A DNA stretch of 63,876 nucleotides, the filler included, from Bigelowiella natans CCMP2755 (taxonomy: Eukaryota; Protista; Cercozoa), in assembly GCA_000320545.1 (NCBI GenBank). It is 5 parts of 5 records of this genome, joined end to end, with 100 filler letters (N's around TTAATTAATTAA, not from the genome) between each part and the next. Parts side by side here need not be neighbours in the genome. Positions count along the whole stretch, not along the records: positions 6,726 to 30,251 come from ADNK01000867.1; positions 30,352 to 61,049 come from ADNK01002556.1; 3 more parts are not named here. One strand, written 5' to 3'. The first letter of the stretch is position 1. Every line of letters starts with the position of its first letter. Under the pieces are notes generated by a model. That model made no database searches. It worked only from the letters and a program-made list of their open reading frames with translations, and was not told the DNA's origin. This document shows positions 27,238 to 41,073 of the stretch, piece after piece. The translations under genes were made by a program, and so were the position numbers.

Positions 27238-29795
27238 TTACCGCGGCGTAAATGGAACCTTACGTCGCTTAAGCCGCAAAGGTTGCTTGCCGCTAGAAGC
27301 TTTGATTTTCTGACTCGAAGATTGATGCTGTCTATCCGATCTGGAATCGGCTGTCGATATCTCACTTGTTTGCCTTTTGACTTCCACATTCTCTCTAGGC
27401 GTCGTATTTGGGGAGTGTCTCGCATTCTTAAGTAGCATTGCGATACTAGGGTTCTGCCTAATGAGGTGGGCTCTTCTTGCTTCAGCTTTCTGCCTCTGAC
27501 CTATCTTGAATCCTGCATAATCCCCTTTCCGATCTTTATGCGTGGGCGCAGAACGCCGATGAGCGGCTTGTGGGCGCGGAATATGATCGAAGTGAGCATT
27601 CTGGCCAGCCGATCCGATGGCAGCATCTATCTGTCGAGATTTTTCAGTGACAGCATTGGCCTGGGCTAGGGCTTTCGTTCGTTCTGATCCAATATGTGCT
27701 GCTTCCGCACCAGCTGCGTCATCTGCTGTGTCTCCTATGACTTCTGAGAGAGGAAGATAAAATCCAAACGATGCTGTTTGGCACCCTGAGTCATGCCGTG
27801 CCGACAGAGGAGGGTTACTCATAGGGTTGTCCCCTTCATCTTCGAGGCGGATGCTTCTACTCACGGACTGCTCTTTGATCGATGCTTCACTTGCGGGACT
27901 GTGCTGTACTCTTTTTGGTTTTCTGCCAGGTTCTTCTTTCTTCTTATCTTCACCGAGCAAGATTGAACGTACCAGGCGGGCGGCCTCATTTTGATTCAGA
28001 AGCTCACTGGTGGTCTTTGCTTCAATCTCCTTCTTAGAGGCAGTGCTGCTGCTGCTGCTGCTACTACTGCTACTGTGACCAAGCTTCTTCGTTCTCTTAC
28101 CTGAGAAGGAAGTGGAAGCTTTATGGCGTCGATAGTTATGCTTTTTTCCAGGTAATTGATTCTTCTTTCCTTGTTGTCCAGAAGCTATTTTGTTCTCGTC
28201 TCCGAACGAAAGCACCTTTCCAAAATGGAAGACGACACAGTCATCGGTCAACATGCGAGAGTCGAATTAGTAACGAAATACTTGCTCCATGATTTCTCGT
28301 CGGGATGATGTTAGCCGACCTACCTCTGCTCCGTCGTGGGTAACGTAGCTCGGATCTGCGCCGTTCGAAGCACCTCCCCCACCTTTATCCATTGACGCTC
28401 CACCTTGATCGTTACCTTTTCTTGAAACGGTTCTACCTTTTGATATTTTTCCCTCCTTGGAAAACCTCAAGGCATCGGCTAGCCTATTCCGACGGCCTGC
28501 GGACGTCTTTGGCCGCTGCCGCGCAGATTGAGGGCGAATCTTCTGTGCGCCAGCGTCATTCAACTTCATAGCATCGCCAGTCCTGTTGGTGATCGTGATG
28601 TTCTGTTTCCATCCTACTCCCGAGGGGAGGACGGCTTTTCGCGAAGCATATGACGTTTGTGGGCGTGCAGATGCGTGGTAGATCTCGAGCTCTTTCTCAG
28701 ATTCTCCTTTGGAAGACCTGGACGGTGGGTATACATCAAAAGCTCTCGTCACCATACGTGTGAAAGCAACGCATAAACAGGGACATGGGGAGGAGGGGAA
28801 GGACGGAGAACATTCGCAGAAAAATGATTTTGTTATATATTGTCCAACTCACATAATGCTCGGTCTGGAAGTCGATGGTCGACTGTGAAGCCTGGATGTG
28901 TGACATCAAATGTTAAAACACATGAATGCTTTATTCAACTCTCCCCCCGCCCCCGTCCTTCTCCCCCCCTCTCTCTTTCACATCTAAAGCTGTACTTTGT
29001 CTCGATGCCAGCATTGTCCATCGCACTGACGCATTCTTCTAGGATCATGTCAACCTGCGATATATACCGAAAAATAGTTTTCTCAAAATAGTGTTCTATT
29101 GGCTGAGTAGAAACAACTGTGGTAGTTCCCACTTTAACATTCAGCATGAATTGGAACGAATAGGAGAGCATATCACCTTCGATCGAAAAGAGGTCAAAGC
29201 AGCAGATGCGACACTTATATCCTTTTGTAACTTCAGCAGGGATACGCTGCTTTGTTTTGTCGCCTCGGCGCCAGTTCTAAAGAGAGTGTAAGAGTTGTTT
29301 ATAATTTTGAAATGTGTTGACCTTAAAAACGTGCTATCCGTCACCTAGGGGTCATCAGCGGGCGACCACCAGTCCAACTCACATCCTTTCCCTGATGAGA
29401 TTAGGTGAAATGAAATCCAACAAGCACACAATTTCAATAATCCTTCCAGAAGATAACCGGAAAGCGGAGTGGCAGCATTGTATGTGTTACGAAGTCATTG
29501 CCTATACCTTAACTTTGCCGGTGCGACGGTTCTTCTCATCTCCATCCTTTGCATCTGCTTTTGTATTTGAACGAGTAAAGTTGGTGTTAAGTGTCGGACC
29601 TAGCGTCTTTCCTCCTCCTTTTCATGTGATATTTAGTGTGTTCTTGTCGTGTCATGTCGCACTCTAGCTTCAACGTTTAAGCTATTTACCATCATGCCAC
29701 GCGCTCGTTTTCTTCTTCTTCTTCTTAGCTTCTGCAGCCTTCTTTCTCTTGCCGGATGCTTTGAGGGATTCGGCTGACAAAATTGAATACATCAT
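27238..29795 (-). CDS. Hypothetical basic, low-complexity protein
   Basis: ATG 29795 MMYSILSAESLK..., short GT-AG introns, and long coding exons 28755-28280 and about 28216-27238 carrying RPQTS/RPQSAR/RPKTS motifs. Confidence 0.65.
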
Positions 29796-29985
29796 AAATG
29801 TCCTGATTGTGCCCGTAGCCGTTTGGAAGAGGTATGTTATATACCTGTGAGCCTATCTACTGCTGTAACCTCTTCTCCGTCGAGCGTGTCTAGTCTGTCA
29901 TGAATGCGTTGTGGGTGTGTGCTTTGTCTTGTCTTGATGTGCGTACGTTTATTCTACTCCGTTAAATCTCTCTCTGACTCTCCTC

Positions 29986-29986
<1 letters not shown>

Positions 29987-30051
<65 letters not shown>

Positions 30052-30080
30052 CAAAGAGAGAGAGAGAGAGAGAGAAATAT

Positions 30081-30138
<58 letters not shown>

Positions 30139-30182
30139 TATACACATGCATACTCTCTCTCACACTCACACACACACACTCA

Positions 30183-30238
<56 letters not shown>

Positions 30239-30251
30239 GAGAGAGAGAGAG
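29987..30251. repeat. Compound dinucleotide microsatellite (CT)n(GT)n..(GA)n..(TA)n..(CA)n(GA)n at contig end
   Basis: Directly visible. Confidence 0.95.
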
Positions 30252-30351
30252 NNNNNNNNNNNNNNNNNNNNNNNNNNNNNNNNNNNNNNNNNNNNTTAAT
30301 TAATTAANNNNNNNNNNNNNNNNNNNNNNNNNNNNNNNNNNNNNNNNNNNN
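30252..30351. other. Artificial scaffold linker
   Basis: N run with TTAATTAATTAA. Confidence 0.97.
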
Positions 30352-31319
30352 GGAATTTCTCGAAAACCAGAACGAGATTGAACACAAAACTTGCATCACA
30401 TTGATTCCGTGCACGTCCTGGCCACGTGTGCGCACACGTCGTGGCCCCGCTCGTCACACAGCCCAATGTTGCACGGTTTGGGCAAGCTGTGCTTGCCGTG
30501 ACACTTGTCCTCGGTTTTTCCGTGAAAAAAACCCTGGTCGATTTTGGCCACCAGTTTTCCTCACTTTGACCATTGTTTCGACCGTCATTTCGACACCTGG
30601 CCCAGAACAGAACCCTCCAGCCCTGAAACTTCTGAGTGCCATTGAGGTCTTCACACTTCATTGTGAGTGTGCAGCGTGAGACTTTTTTTTCCGTTCTGTG
30701 GCAACAGTGAAGAACGTTGAGCACAGTTTTGCGCAGATGCATCCTGTTGCAAACGATGTCATGCTGTCTGCACTTGCGATGGTTGTCATTCGATGCAGCT
30801 TTGCTGTTGGATGTTCAGTTTGAAATTTTGCATTGCGTCTGGAGGTGTTGACTTGGTGCAAAGTGGCTGTGGCCCTCGCACTTGCATCAAGTTTTTCAGA
30901 GAAGAAAGTCCAACAGCTTGGTGCGCGCATGTGCATGCATTGCATGACAGAATGCAACCATTGCAATGACTACAGTTTGCTGTCGGACTGATTTTGCAAA
31001 AAATGATGCCACCATTCCACGCATTGCTGCGATGCAATTTTGTGTCCACAGAATGCGGTGTTGTCTTCGTCACATTCCTTTTTTGCTACACGTGCAACGC
31101 TTCAATCACCAACGCCCACAACGCTGTCGTTCATTCGTTGAACAAGAATCCATGGATGGACGAACCAAGTTGCACAGGTGCTGGGATGATGTTGTCGAAG
31201 CAGGCACAAAACAGTGTGCAAAAAAACAAATCAAAATGATGACAGATTGATGTGACAACTGTGTTTCATTCATTTGAGCATGAGAACATGATGAAAAATG
31301 AAAAACTTGCCGATGAAGT
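30352..31319. other. TpA-depleted intergenic domain (possibly a decayed repeat)
   Basis: Manual count: only 2 TpA (30971, 31087; both CTAC) in 968 nt, and none in 30352-30970. Confidence 0.9.
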
Positions 31320-31441
31320 TACGTGAAATGAATCCAAACTATTTTGATGACCATCATCATTTAAAAATCATCATTTCCCCCCATTTTCCCGCAAGACTGC
31401 GTTGGATAGTACCTCAGATGTCCTTCCTTGAGGACTCACAT

Positions 31442-31701
31442 TCACCATGCAGTGTTAGGACCATCAGGACGAAAGTCATCATCATCCTCCACCACTGTAA
31501 TCAAATCGCTAGCCTCCCATTCCCCCTTTAACAATGAGTAAAGGATTTAAGAGCACATGTGCATTCACAATGTTTTTGTAAATTATTCTTCACACATCGT
31601 TAATGTTGTACACATTGTTATCTCCCTCTCTCCATTTTTGGTCTGAAGCAGGATGGAAACATTTCCATATTGTGATAGATATCTCGTGTAAATGTATATA
31701 C

Positions 31702-31748
<47 letters not shown>

Positions 31749-32062
31749 TAAGTTAACAGGACACAATCTCTTATGATTACCCTGAGAGTCTTAAGAATAG
31801 GTGCCAAATCTACGTTAACTCCTAGCTTCTCGCCATCATTCATAGCTTGTGTGATAAATCCTATCTCACCAGTGCGTAAGGCGCTTTCAACAAGCACTTG
31901 AAGTACTTCCTCGTTTGGTTTCACACCTTCCTCTTGCATTGTTCTGTGGAGGGAGGTTAGGAGGACAGGTTAGAGGAAAAAAATTAAGACTCGTTGGTGT
32001 TTTCCCGAAATAATAATAACAGCGACTATGATGATGATGAATTCTAAAATCAAATATTTGGA

Positions 32063-32124
<62 letters not shown>

Positions 32125-33619
32125 GTTGCATATATTAATCCAGCCTTGGTGGTGTGTATTGATCATCGTTACACTGTTTGTTTCTGCTACTACAATAATA
32201 TTGGACAGTAGTAAATTCAAGCAGCAGTGGACCATGAATCATATTGCAATGATGATGTCGATAAATCTCCTTTTCCACAACTAACATTTTCGAGTCTCTA
32301 TTTGTACATAGAAGAAATGTTCCATCAAAATATAGTATTTCTATGCGTTTTTGAGTAGTAGATGTTTCATAATTCTTTTGACGTCTTGTTGTTATTTTCT
32401 GTGTTTTCGTTTTATTTCATTTATTTTACGAGTAGATGCGGAGGCACTGCTCATAGTCTTCGATTGATGCTAACATAATATGAGCATAGAAATCCGCCCT
32501 ATAAAATAATAATAATAATAACAATAAGAGAGCATTCAACATGGTTATAATAATAAGGGAGGATTCAAAAGAACAAAGTAGATGAATAAGAACTCGAGTC
32601 GTCGTCATCGTATAATACTACCTCAATAACGTTTGTATTATGTTGTATTATGCAGCAGTAGAAGTGGTAATAAGAATAGTAATAATGATAATAATAATAA
32701 TAGGAGAAAACATCAGAAACATTAGAATATTTTCACAATGACTACTACTACTGCTTTGATATTGTTAATTACGTTAAAGACAGATCTTCACGTATTGGAT
32801 GATCCCACAAGCTATTTATCAGTTTTTTCACTAGAGAATCTTGTTGGATGTAATCATCATCATTATCATCATCATCATCATCTTCTTCTTCCAGGATTGT
32901 ATTCCGTCCTTGACGACTTTCTCTCACCTTCCGATTAATAGCAACAATGAGACGAGGACATGAATAAAAAGAGGTATGCGAAGTATGAATATAACTAGTT
33001 GCAAACACTTTCTTAATATAACAAAGAGATAGATGATGATTCACTGTCTGCTGGCATTGAATAAATAATAGACTCTATGAGAAGAGAAAAGCATTCCACG
33101 TCACTTTTTCCTCCTCCCTCCCTCCCTCCCTCCTCATTCTTCAGTGGCAAAATAGTTATCAACAGCGAGTAAGTACCACGTTGCTGCATAAATTTGCTAG
33201 GTAAGTGAATGTTGTCTCGTCTGGTTCTAATAAACCTCCTTCGCTTATGTACCTGCAACATAGGAGTAGTAGCAGTTAGTAGTAGTAGTAGTAGTAGTAG
33301 TATGTGATAATCAGTATATAGTAGTATATATACATGTAATGTATTATCAGTAGGCATTACGAGCAGCAACCCATGAATTAGCAATAGTATTTAAGTACTA
33401 TTACTCATAGAGCTCGTTCCCAAGTTCCAAATTGTGACTCTCCGCACAAGACTAGATGAAGTGGTATCAAAATGTGTATAGGTATATTACCATAACCATT
33501 GAACATCATCATCCTATAGATAGCATTATGCAGCAGTAGTTCTGATGGAACTTTGATGTGAGTATACTACATACGCACAGTATTATATCACAGCAGCAGC
33601 AGCAGTGATAATAGTAGTA

Positions 33620-33656
<37 letters not shown>

Positions 33657-34385
33657 ATATATTACGAGTATCAAGAGGTTTGTCCAATGAAGCAACCAAA
33701 GGGAGTCTCCAGGCCTGCTTTCATGAAATAGCACCAACACTGCCCAGGTCTGTACCAGCCAAAATTATATACAAATATATAATTATTATATATCAATATT
33801 GTATATATCCAACATTCCCAACTTCTGTTCTTCCCTTATTACTTGTACATCAATAAAAACTACAACAATCACTTAGTTCTACTCAACATTCTTTCGATTG
33901 TTACTTCCATATAACAATCACTTAGTTCTACTCAACATTCTTTCGATTGTTACTTCCACATAAAACAAACCTACAACAAACAACAACAACAACAACAACA
34001 ACTACTACTACTACTACTTACCATTCCCAACTGTGCTAAGTCCTCAGAGAGAGTGAGCAAAGTTTCTTGTGACACATCCAACTCTTCTGTGATGGGGGTA
34101 TTTGCCTAGTGATTGGTGTTCTTTAAATTATATAATGAGTAAATAAATGCTACTACAACTTCTACATACATATTACGTTCCTACACAGAATAGACCAGAT
34201 ACTCCATACTTGGAACAACAACAATAGCAACATCAACAACAACAACAACTACTACTACAAGCGTTATTATTGTTGTTTGTATCATTATCATCATTAGCTT
34301 ATCATTCACTCAATAATCCCTTTTATTCCCCCCCTTTGATTCTCATTCTCATAGAATATATTATGCAAAAAAAGGCCCCGCGTAA

Positions 34386-34417
<32 letters not shown>

Positions 34418-34523
34418 TTACTACTACCCTCCAAGCAGCCAGAGTTGAGAGTGTTATCTCAGGTAAATCAAGATCAAGTAACTTGTCAACCTGAAATTTA
34501 ATGAAGAGTGGTCAATATTAAAC

Positions 34524-34555
<32 letters not shown>

Positions 34556-37009
34556 AAGAAAAAGATGAAGGTAACAATGATGAATGCCATAGAATAAACT
34601 CAAGAAATATTAGTACCAGTAGTAGCAGAGCTGCTAGGAGGGAGATAATTAATAAAAGCATGCTTAATATTCGTTATATATAGCAGCTCCTACGTGGTTC
34701 ACACCCCCCCTCCTTTCTCTCCCCATTCCTCTTCCCCACATGTATGTCAGATAGATAGATAGAGAGGGAGGAGAGAGAATAGAGAGAGGATATCATCACC
34801 AGGTCTCGAAGTGGGAGGTGGGTATCCTTTTCCTCCTCCTCCTTTGCATGAGAGCTACCATTAATAATATCCGAACAACTGCTGTGGTCATCTTCGGTGC
34901 TGCTTCTTCCCTCCAATTGAAAGATCTTGGGAGTATGAAAGAGCGCATGCATTACGCAGCGCTCCATTGGATTATAATTTATTGTGCGGTCATCATCATC
35001 ATTTACTTGCAGCTTATCAGAAAAGCCTAGATCTAAGAGGAAGGAAAGAGGAAGGAAAGAGCCAGCAGCAGTAAGAAACAAGGATAATAATAATACCCAA
35101 GAAGATCATCATTTAGAGGTAGTAGTTGTAGTATTAGCAGCAGCAGCAGTAGTAGTAGTAGTAGAAGTAATAGTAGCGCGTGTAGAAGAGTCATTATTAT
35201 TAATAATATCACTGATATTGTTATAATATTAATCAACGATTAGGGAGAATGCTATTACCTAGCTACAACCTTCCCATATTTGCCCCCCCCTCCATATCCC
35301 TTTTATTGGTAGAACTTACCGATGATTTCTTCCTGTTCCTGTATTATGTCCTCTAGATAGTCTTCTAATCTTACTGGTGATGATAATGATAATGATGATG
35401 ATGATTCTAGTGCACATTCCTTTTCTTCTTCGACTAAATTGTCATCATTCTTTTCGTTCTTTTCTTCTTCAACTGAAATGTACTCATTATCCTCTTTGTT
35501 AGAAAGCAACCGTAAGCTATTAAGATGGCTGGAGATGCATTTTTTAACTGTGTCACCATTTCCTACACACTTCTTGCAGTCCCCGTGCTCCTCCATCAAA
35601 TCATGATGATAATGATGATGATGCAATGCTTTATCTAAGGACTCTAACCCTCCAGTTGCAGCTATAATATCAGCATCATCGTCATCATCATCTTTATTAT
35701 TCTCTATTTCATTTGGACGCCGTTGTGGAGACGAATACTCCTCCTCTCCTTGCCCTCCGCGAAGAAGAAGGGGCATATTGTCTTGTAAAGAGGATGAGCA
35801 GGTGTTGCGAAGTGAAAGAGTAGATGACGGTGACATAATAGTGGAATGAAATTCTTCGTGCGCCTCTTTCATAGCCCTGTATTATATAGCATCGATCATG
35901 TTATTACAAGACTTGAGGTTTTGACAATTAAAGGAAAAAAAGCAGGAAGAAAACATGGCTATCCAGAAATTTTAAAGAATACTACATGAATTAGTAAGAA
36001 GCTGTGAATGAGTATATCTTTCGTCTGTGAAAAGGGTAATATTTTTCTGTTAGGTCTAGGTTTCATCAATATCACTAACCCACCTCAAGCATTCAAAACT
36101 TAAAGACAAGAACTCAGATATCTCCTGAGAAATAATGTCAAACGGTAGCAGCAGCATCAAAATATGAAATGATGTAGCTATGAATTCACTCAATAATAAG
36201 AATTGTGCAACCTCATCCTCGATGTTTTTGCCGAAGTGTGACGAAGCGAATACGGTGATGTGCTTTACACTGATCGATCAACAAAAAGTTAAAGATGTTA
36301 TATTCAATGAAGCTGATATAATTGGGAAGGAACTTCTTTATTCCTAGCAATTTCTAATTACGTTGGCACTTGACGATGCATCATGAAGAAGTTCACTCCC
36401 CCAGCCTACCAATAAAATATTCGAAATCATCGTTTCACAAGTAGTAACAATAAACGTCTTCGTCGTTGTCGTTGTCGTTGTCGTCGTCGTCATCTACATT
36501 TCTGAATTATTCTACAATCACATAAAATGAGTCCACAATCACGGCAGCCACCATTAGCCTAGCTGTAGAATTTTCTAATAGAGCCGCCTTGGCCCAAGGG
36601 TGCTTATCCAGTTGAGCCGCATTGATTCGAAGGTCCTTTAACAGTGACCGAATAACCTGCAATGGGGAGAATGATGATGGTCTATGATGGTGATAGATAA
36701 CAAACAACTCCTTGTGAAACTGCCATCACAGACCTGCTTCGACGCCATTCGTTAGCTGTTGTGAGGCTCACGCACCCACCTATTCACGATCTCCTCCTCC
36801 TAAACCACAGCAGCTTGTAGAAGTAGCCCCCCCGTAGTGCAGGTTCAATCACAGCTTGTTACTAGGGTTTAACAGCTTCGGGTTATAGGAGGATTTGGAT
36901 TACAGTCGACGACGACGACGATTTACCACATAATTACCGTTATATAGCATGTCGCAGGGATAGAATCCAATAGATCATTATCGGAGTGATAATATCCCTC
37001 TATGTTCAT
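31442..37009 (-). CDS. Hypothetical multi-exon protein with C-terminal PPR-like helical repeats
   Basis: Putative ATG 37009 (MNIEGYYH...), many GT-AG exons, a large exon at about 35877-35320, and C-terminal ADFYAHIMLASIEDYEQCLRIYS|TMQEEGVKPNEEVLQVLVESALRTG, which resembles the PPR MxxxGVKPN motif. Terminal DDFRPDGPNTAW*. PPR call is tentative. Confidence 0.55.
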
Positions 37010-37208
37010 TGTCGCAAAGATAAAATACCAGGCGTTTATGTGATAACATAAGGATGTCGGAAGTTCATCGGAACTAAGGATGATGATGAGATGGTGAACA
37101 CACACCTACTCAACCTGAAAGAGGGTGGTTGAGGAGGAGGAGGAGGAGGTTGTTGCTGTAGACTTATCATCGTCAGCCATCCTCATCGTCGTAGTACCAT
37201 CGAATATC

Positions 37209-39056
37209 ATGACTAAAGAAGCAGTTGCTACAAGCAGAGGACTGGCAATTGTCCTAAATCTTCGTCGCCGTCCTGATCGAAGGGCCTGGATGCAGGTATT
37301 AATGGATGTTGCTTCCCCCCTCTCAGTCTTTGATGACAGCACCCCATTACATTACTCAGGAGAGTTGCCTCAAATGTCTTCAAGATCAGCTTGGTGTTCC
37401 CGTTCAAATTCTCGATGCAGTTGATGGACGATGTTTGTCAGTTAACCCAGAAGAAGGTACCGTGCATTGTCCTCACAGCGGTGATGATCATAATGATGAC
37501 ATCGGCGGAGGACGCTTCCACATCTTCCCAGGTGTTAGTTATTATTAATATTATTATTCTTACTTCGGGCATCATATTGATGAGTTACACTGCAATAATT
37601 TGAAATATCCTCCCATCGGTGTAGTAGGAACAACTAGACAGTTTGTTGTTGTTGTTATTATTGTTGTTGTTGAATATTTCTGTAGAGCAATTAGATGTCA
37701 TGCAGCATTGTACGAACTGTTGGGTTGTCGTATTATTAATTAACTAACTAACTAACTGAAAAAGGGTGGAAGCTAGGATTTGAAGGCATTTGTTCCATGC
37801 ACACCGATTGGATGATGCGACTACGTTATGAACCGGTATTATTATTATTATTACCACTATACATAAGGAACTGTTAGCGTGTTTACTCAATGATTAATTC
37901 GTTAAACGCAATATCTATAGATCACTGCAGAAGAAATTGAAAGGTTTTATGGGCGTGACTTACTTGCGGTAAGATTGCAGCAATGCCTCTCTCCCATGAA
38001 AGTTATAGTACTGCCATTGTTGTTTGACAGTGATAATTATGGTGATGATGGCGACGATGATGATAATGATGACATTTCATTATGATATCGGATGATTAAA
38101 ACACACAAAAGGAGCGAATAATTTTATTATGAAGATGATAACACAGCAACGATTGCTACGATGGTTACGTCCTTCAGCAGTATTATCTTTTTATATTTAC
38201 TTTATTATTACGTCACTAAACGTATTCTTCTTTATTTCACAACGATAGGGTGAGATAGGCTGTTTTCTTTCCCATTTAAACGCATGGAAGCAGGCCTCTG
38301 CAATACTCATAGGAGGTGAGAATAATCCAAAGAAGAAGGATTTTGTTCTAATATTAGAGGATGATTCCTGTCCAGCAAAAGCCTTCCAGAGGTAGGTAGG
38401 TAGGTAGGTAGTAAAGCATAAGAAAGTATCAGATGATATTTTGTAAGTGTGAGTACTTAAGCATTTCTTGATGACATGACTTATTGCAACACTATCATGA
38501 ATATGTGCTGCTTCTCTACTTTCTCTTTATTACTTACTGCTATTATAGTTTTTGATTTCCATCCTCATGTACAACATATTTCTTTCAGTGAACAAAGAGT
38601 TGAATCCCAGAAGGATTTAAACGAAATGTGGCGACAAATATGGACGGAATTGGAGGTTACGGTGAGGAAGAGGAGATATTGTATTTACTATTGCTACACA
38701 TGGACATTATTATAATTCAATACTTTAAATACAATCGATTACCCAAGATGATACATAAATTGATGAAATAGCGACAGTAAATAACAACAAGTATCTGTAA
38801 TTAAATTTAGTATTTTTATCGATAGTTAAATTATTATTATTATTATGTGGTGTATAATACGCTTCTACTATTTGTTCATTACTAAGAATCTCTCTTCCGC
38901 TCTCACATCATCATATTTAATTTGATTCTTGATATGCTATACAGGTGTCGAACCTAGCAAAAAATGGAATTTCCTGGGATGTCTTTTATCTCGGTGACAA
39001 CAACAACAACAACAACAGTATCATCCTGAGATGTATTTTATCTCGGTTACAACAAT

Positions 39057-39089
<33 letters not shown>

Positions 39090-39756
39090 CTCTCCTCTCT
39101 CTCTATCTCTCTTCGTCTCATTCTCTCAAAACAATCTTCACGATTGTATTGACACAGCTGTTTTACCACTACTTTTGTTGATGCTCTCTCATCTCTTCTT
39201 CTTCTTCTTCTTCTTCTTCTTCTTCTTCATCTTTTTCTTCTTTTGTTTGCTTGTTTTCTTTCTTTCTTTCTTTCATAAGGACGCAACCGATTCGGTTGTG
39301 ACGACACCAAGCTGCCTCTTCATCACCCTCCTCCTCCTCCACCTCATGATCTCCCGCAACAAGACGTTGTAGAACAACTTGAAGGCGTTGTGAAGGGTAT
39401 ATACTGTGTGCATGTGTACTGCGTGATGATGATGATTTAGTGGGGAGAGCTCAAATAAATAAAATTAAAGAAAATTATATTACTTTATAATTTTTTGTTG
39501 AAGCTCTCAGCGAAGTAGTCATAGATGAAACAACCAACAGAATTTATTCGCATTTTTGAATGTTATCTACTGCTAATGCTGCTGCTAGTGGTGGTGGTGG
39601 TGGTGGTGGTGGTAGTGGTGGTGGTGACTTTTCCTTGATTTTAATATAGTAGACAGCTACGAGATGATTAACGACACTGTGTGTGTGCGTATGATGCAAA
39701 ACTCAAATACACAAACAATAATAAATGTAAGAAGGAGTTGTTTGAGCTCTAGCACC

Positions 39757-39787
<31 letters not shown>

Positions 39788-39966
39788 CATCGTTTGTTCA
39801 TATCATTTTCAATGTTATAGTTGGATTTTCGAGCTGCTTGCACGCATATGCAGTATCATCATCCGGAGTGGCAAAACTTCTCAATGTATTAGTCTTTCTA
39901 CTACTAACCACCCCACAGATTGATTGATACATTCAACATGATGATCATTGGAAGAATGTGCATACG

Positions 39967-39999
<33 letters not shown>

Positions 40000-40612
40000 T
40001 AATTCTAAGGTATTGCTACTAGAATACACCCCCTTTTCCTCCCCCCTACTGCGCCGCATGAAATCATAAACTGTGTATGTTGTCGTAGGAAAAACTTCAA
40101 TCGATCATTATGCCAGTTGATGATTTAGTACCCGCCTTATACGCTCAACATCCGAGGAAGGATATCAGAGATTTACTCCACAAAATTGCTGCCCCACACA
40201 TTGTTGCACTTGGATTTGCCAGGGTATTTTGATAGCAGTAAAGATCATGAATAGAAAACAACGCCAACAATCACGAGAGAAAATATGATTATAACGGTGT
40301 TCCACCTTTCTCTTCTTCTACTAGCTGTCCATTGCTCTGATTCGTGTTTATTATCCTATTTTTTTTCTGGTTTTCTTCTTCATCATATCATCATCACAAG
40401 AACCGAATCAATCAGCTTGAATCTGTTGTACGTGGTGATGAGAAAGTAATACCAGATTGTTTGAGTACGAGAACAGATCAATGTTCCAGTGAAATCAAGA
40501 AACTTCATAATGTCATCGAGAAAGGAAATAATGATGAAGTAGAGCAAGGAAGGAAGAAATCGGGAACAATAGCTCACAATCTTCAATGCCGTAGCAGCAG
40601 AAATAGCAGCAG

Positions 40613-40648
<36 letters not shown>

Positions 40649-41042
40649 TTCTACTACCGCTACTACCACCATGTGGCCAGCTAAGGTAGGAAAAAGGATA
40701 ATATAACTGTGACGAGTGTATCTTCTTGCTCTTGTACTTATGCTTAAATCACCACCACCACCACCTATACAACAACCAACCAACCAACCAACCACAGGCA
40801 TCGGAATCGGATCTTTTTTCGTCTCCCTCCCCCGTTATCAACAGTCAGTAAGCTGCTTGAGAATAAATCTTTTGTTACTGTTGAAGATAGTGATGATGAT
40901 GATGATAATGGTGATGATGATAATGGTGATGATGATAGTGGAATTTTGACTTAAGTGTTATAAAATAAAAACATCTTACATGATAGTCCTCTTCTTCTTC
41001 TTCTTCTTCTTCTTCTTCCTTTCTCAATATGCTCTCAATCAA

Positions 41043-41073
<31 letters not shown>

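Noticed and set aside
30296-31250. Cluster of overlapping Cys/His-rich ORFs on both strands
   Set aside because: Side effect of TpA loss, which removes TAA/TAG stops and Tyr codons; no domain motifs. The same applies to ORFs at 5218-5747 and 26745-27094.
33865-33960. About 49-bp tandem duplication; also a 27-bp duplication at about 16276-16329 and a minisatellite at 47049-47170
   Set aside because: Ordinary two-copy tandem duplications or minisatellites without unique spacers; not CRISPR.
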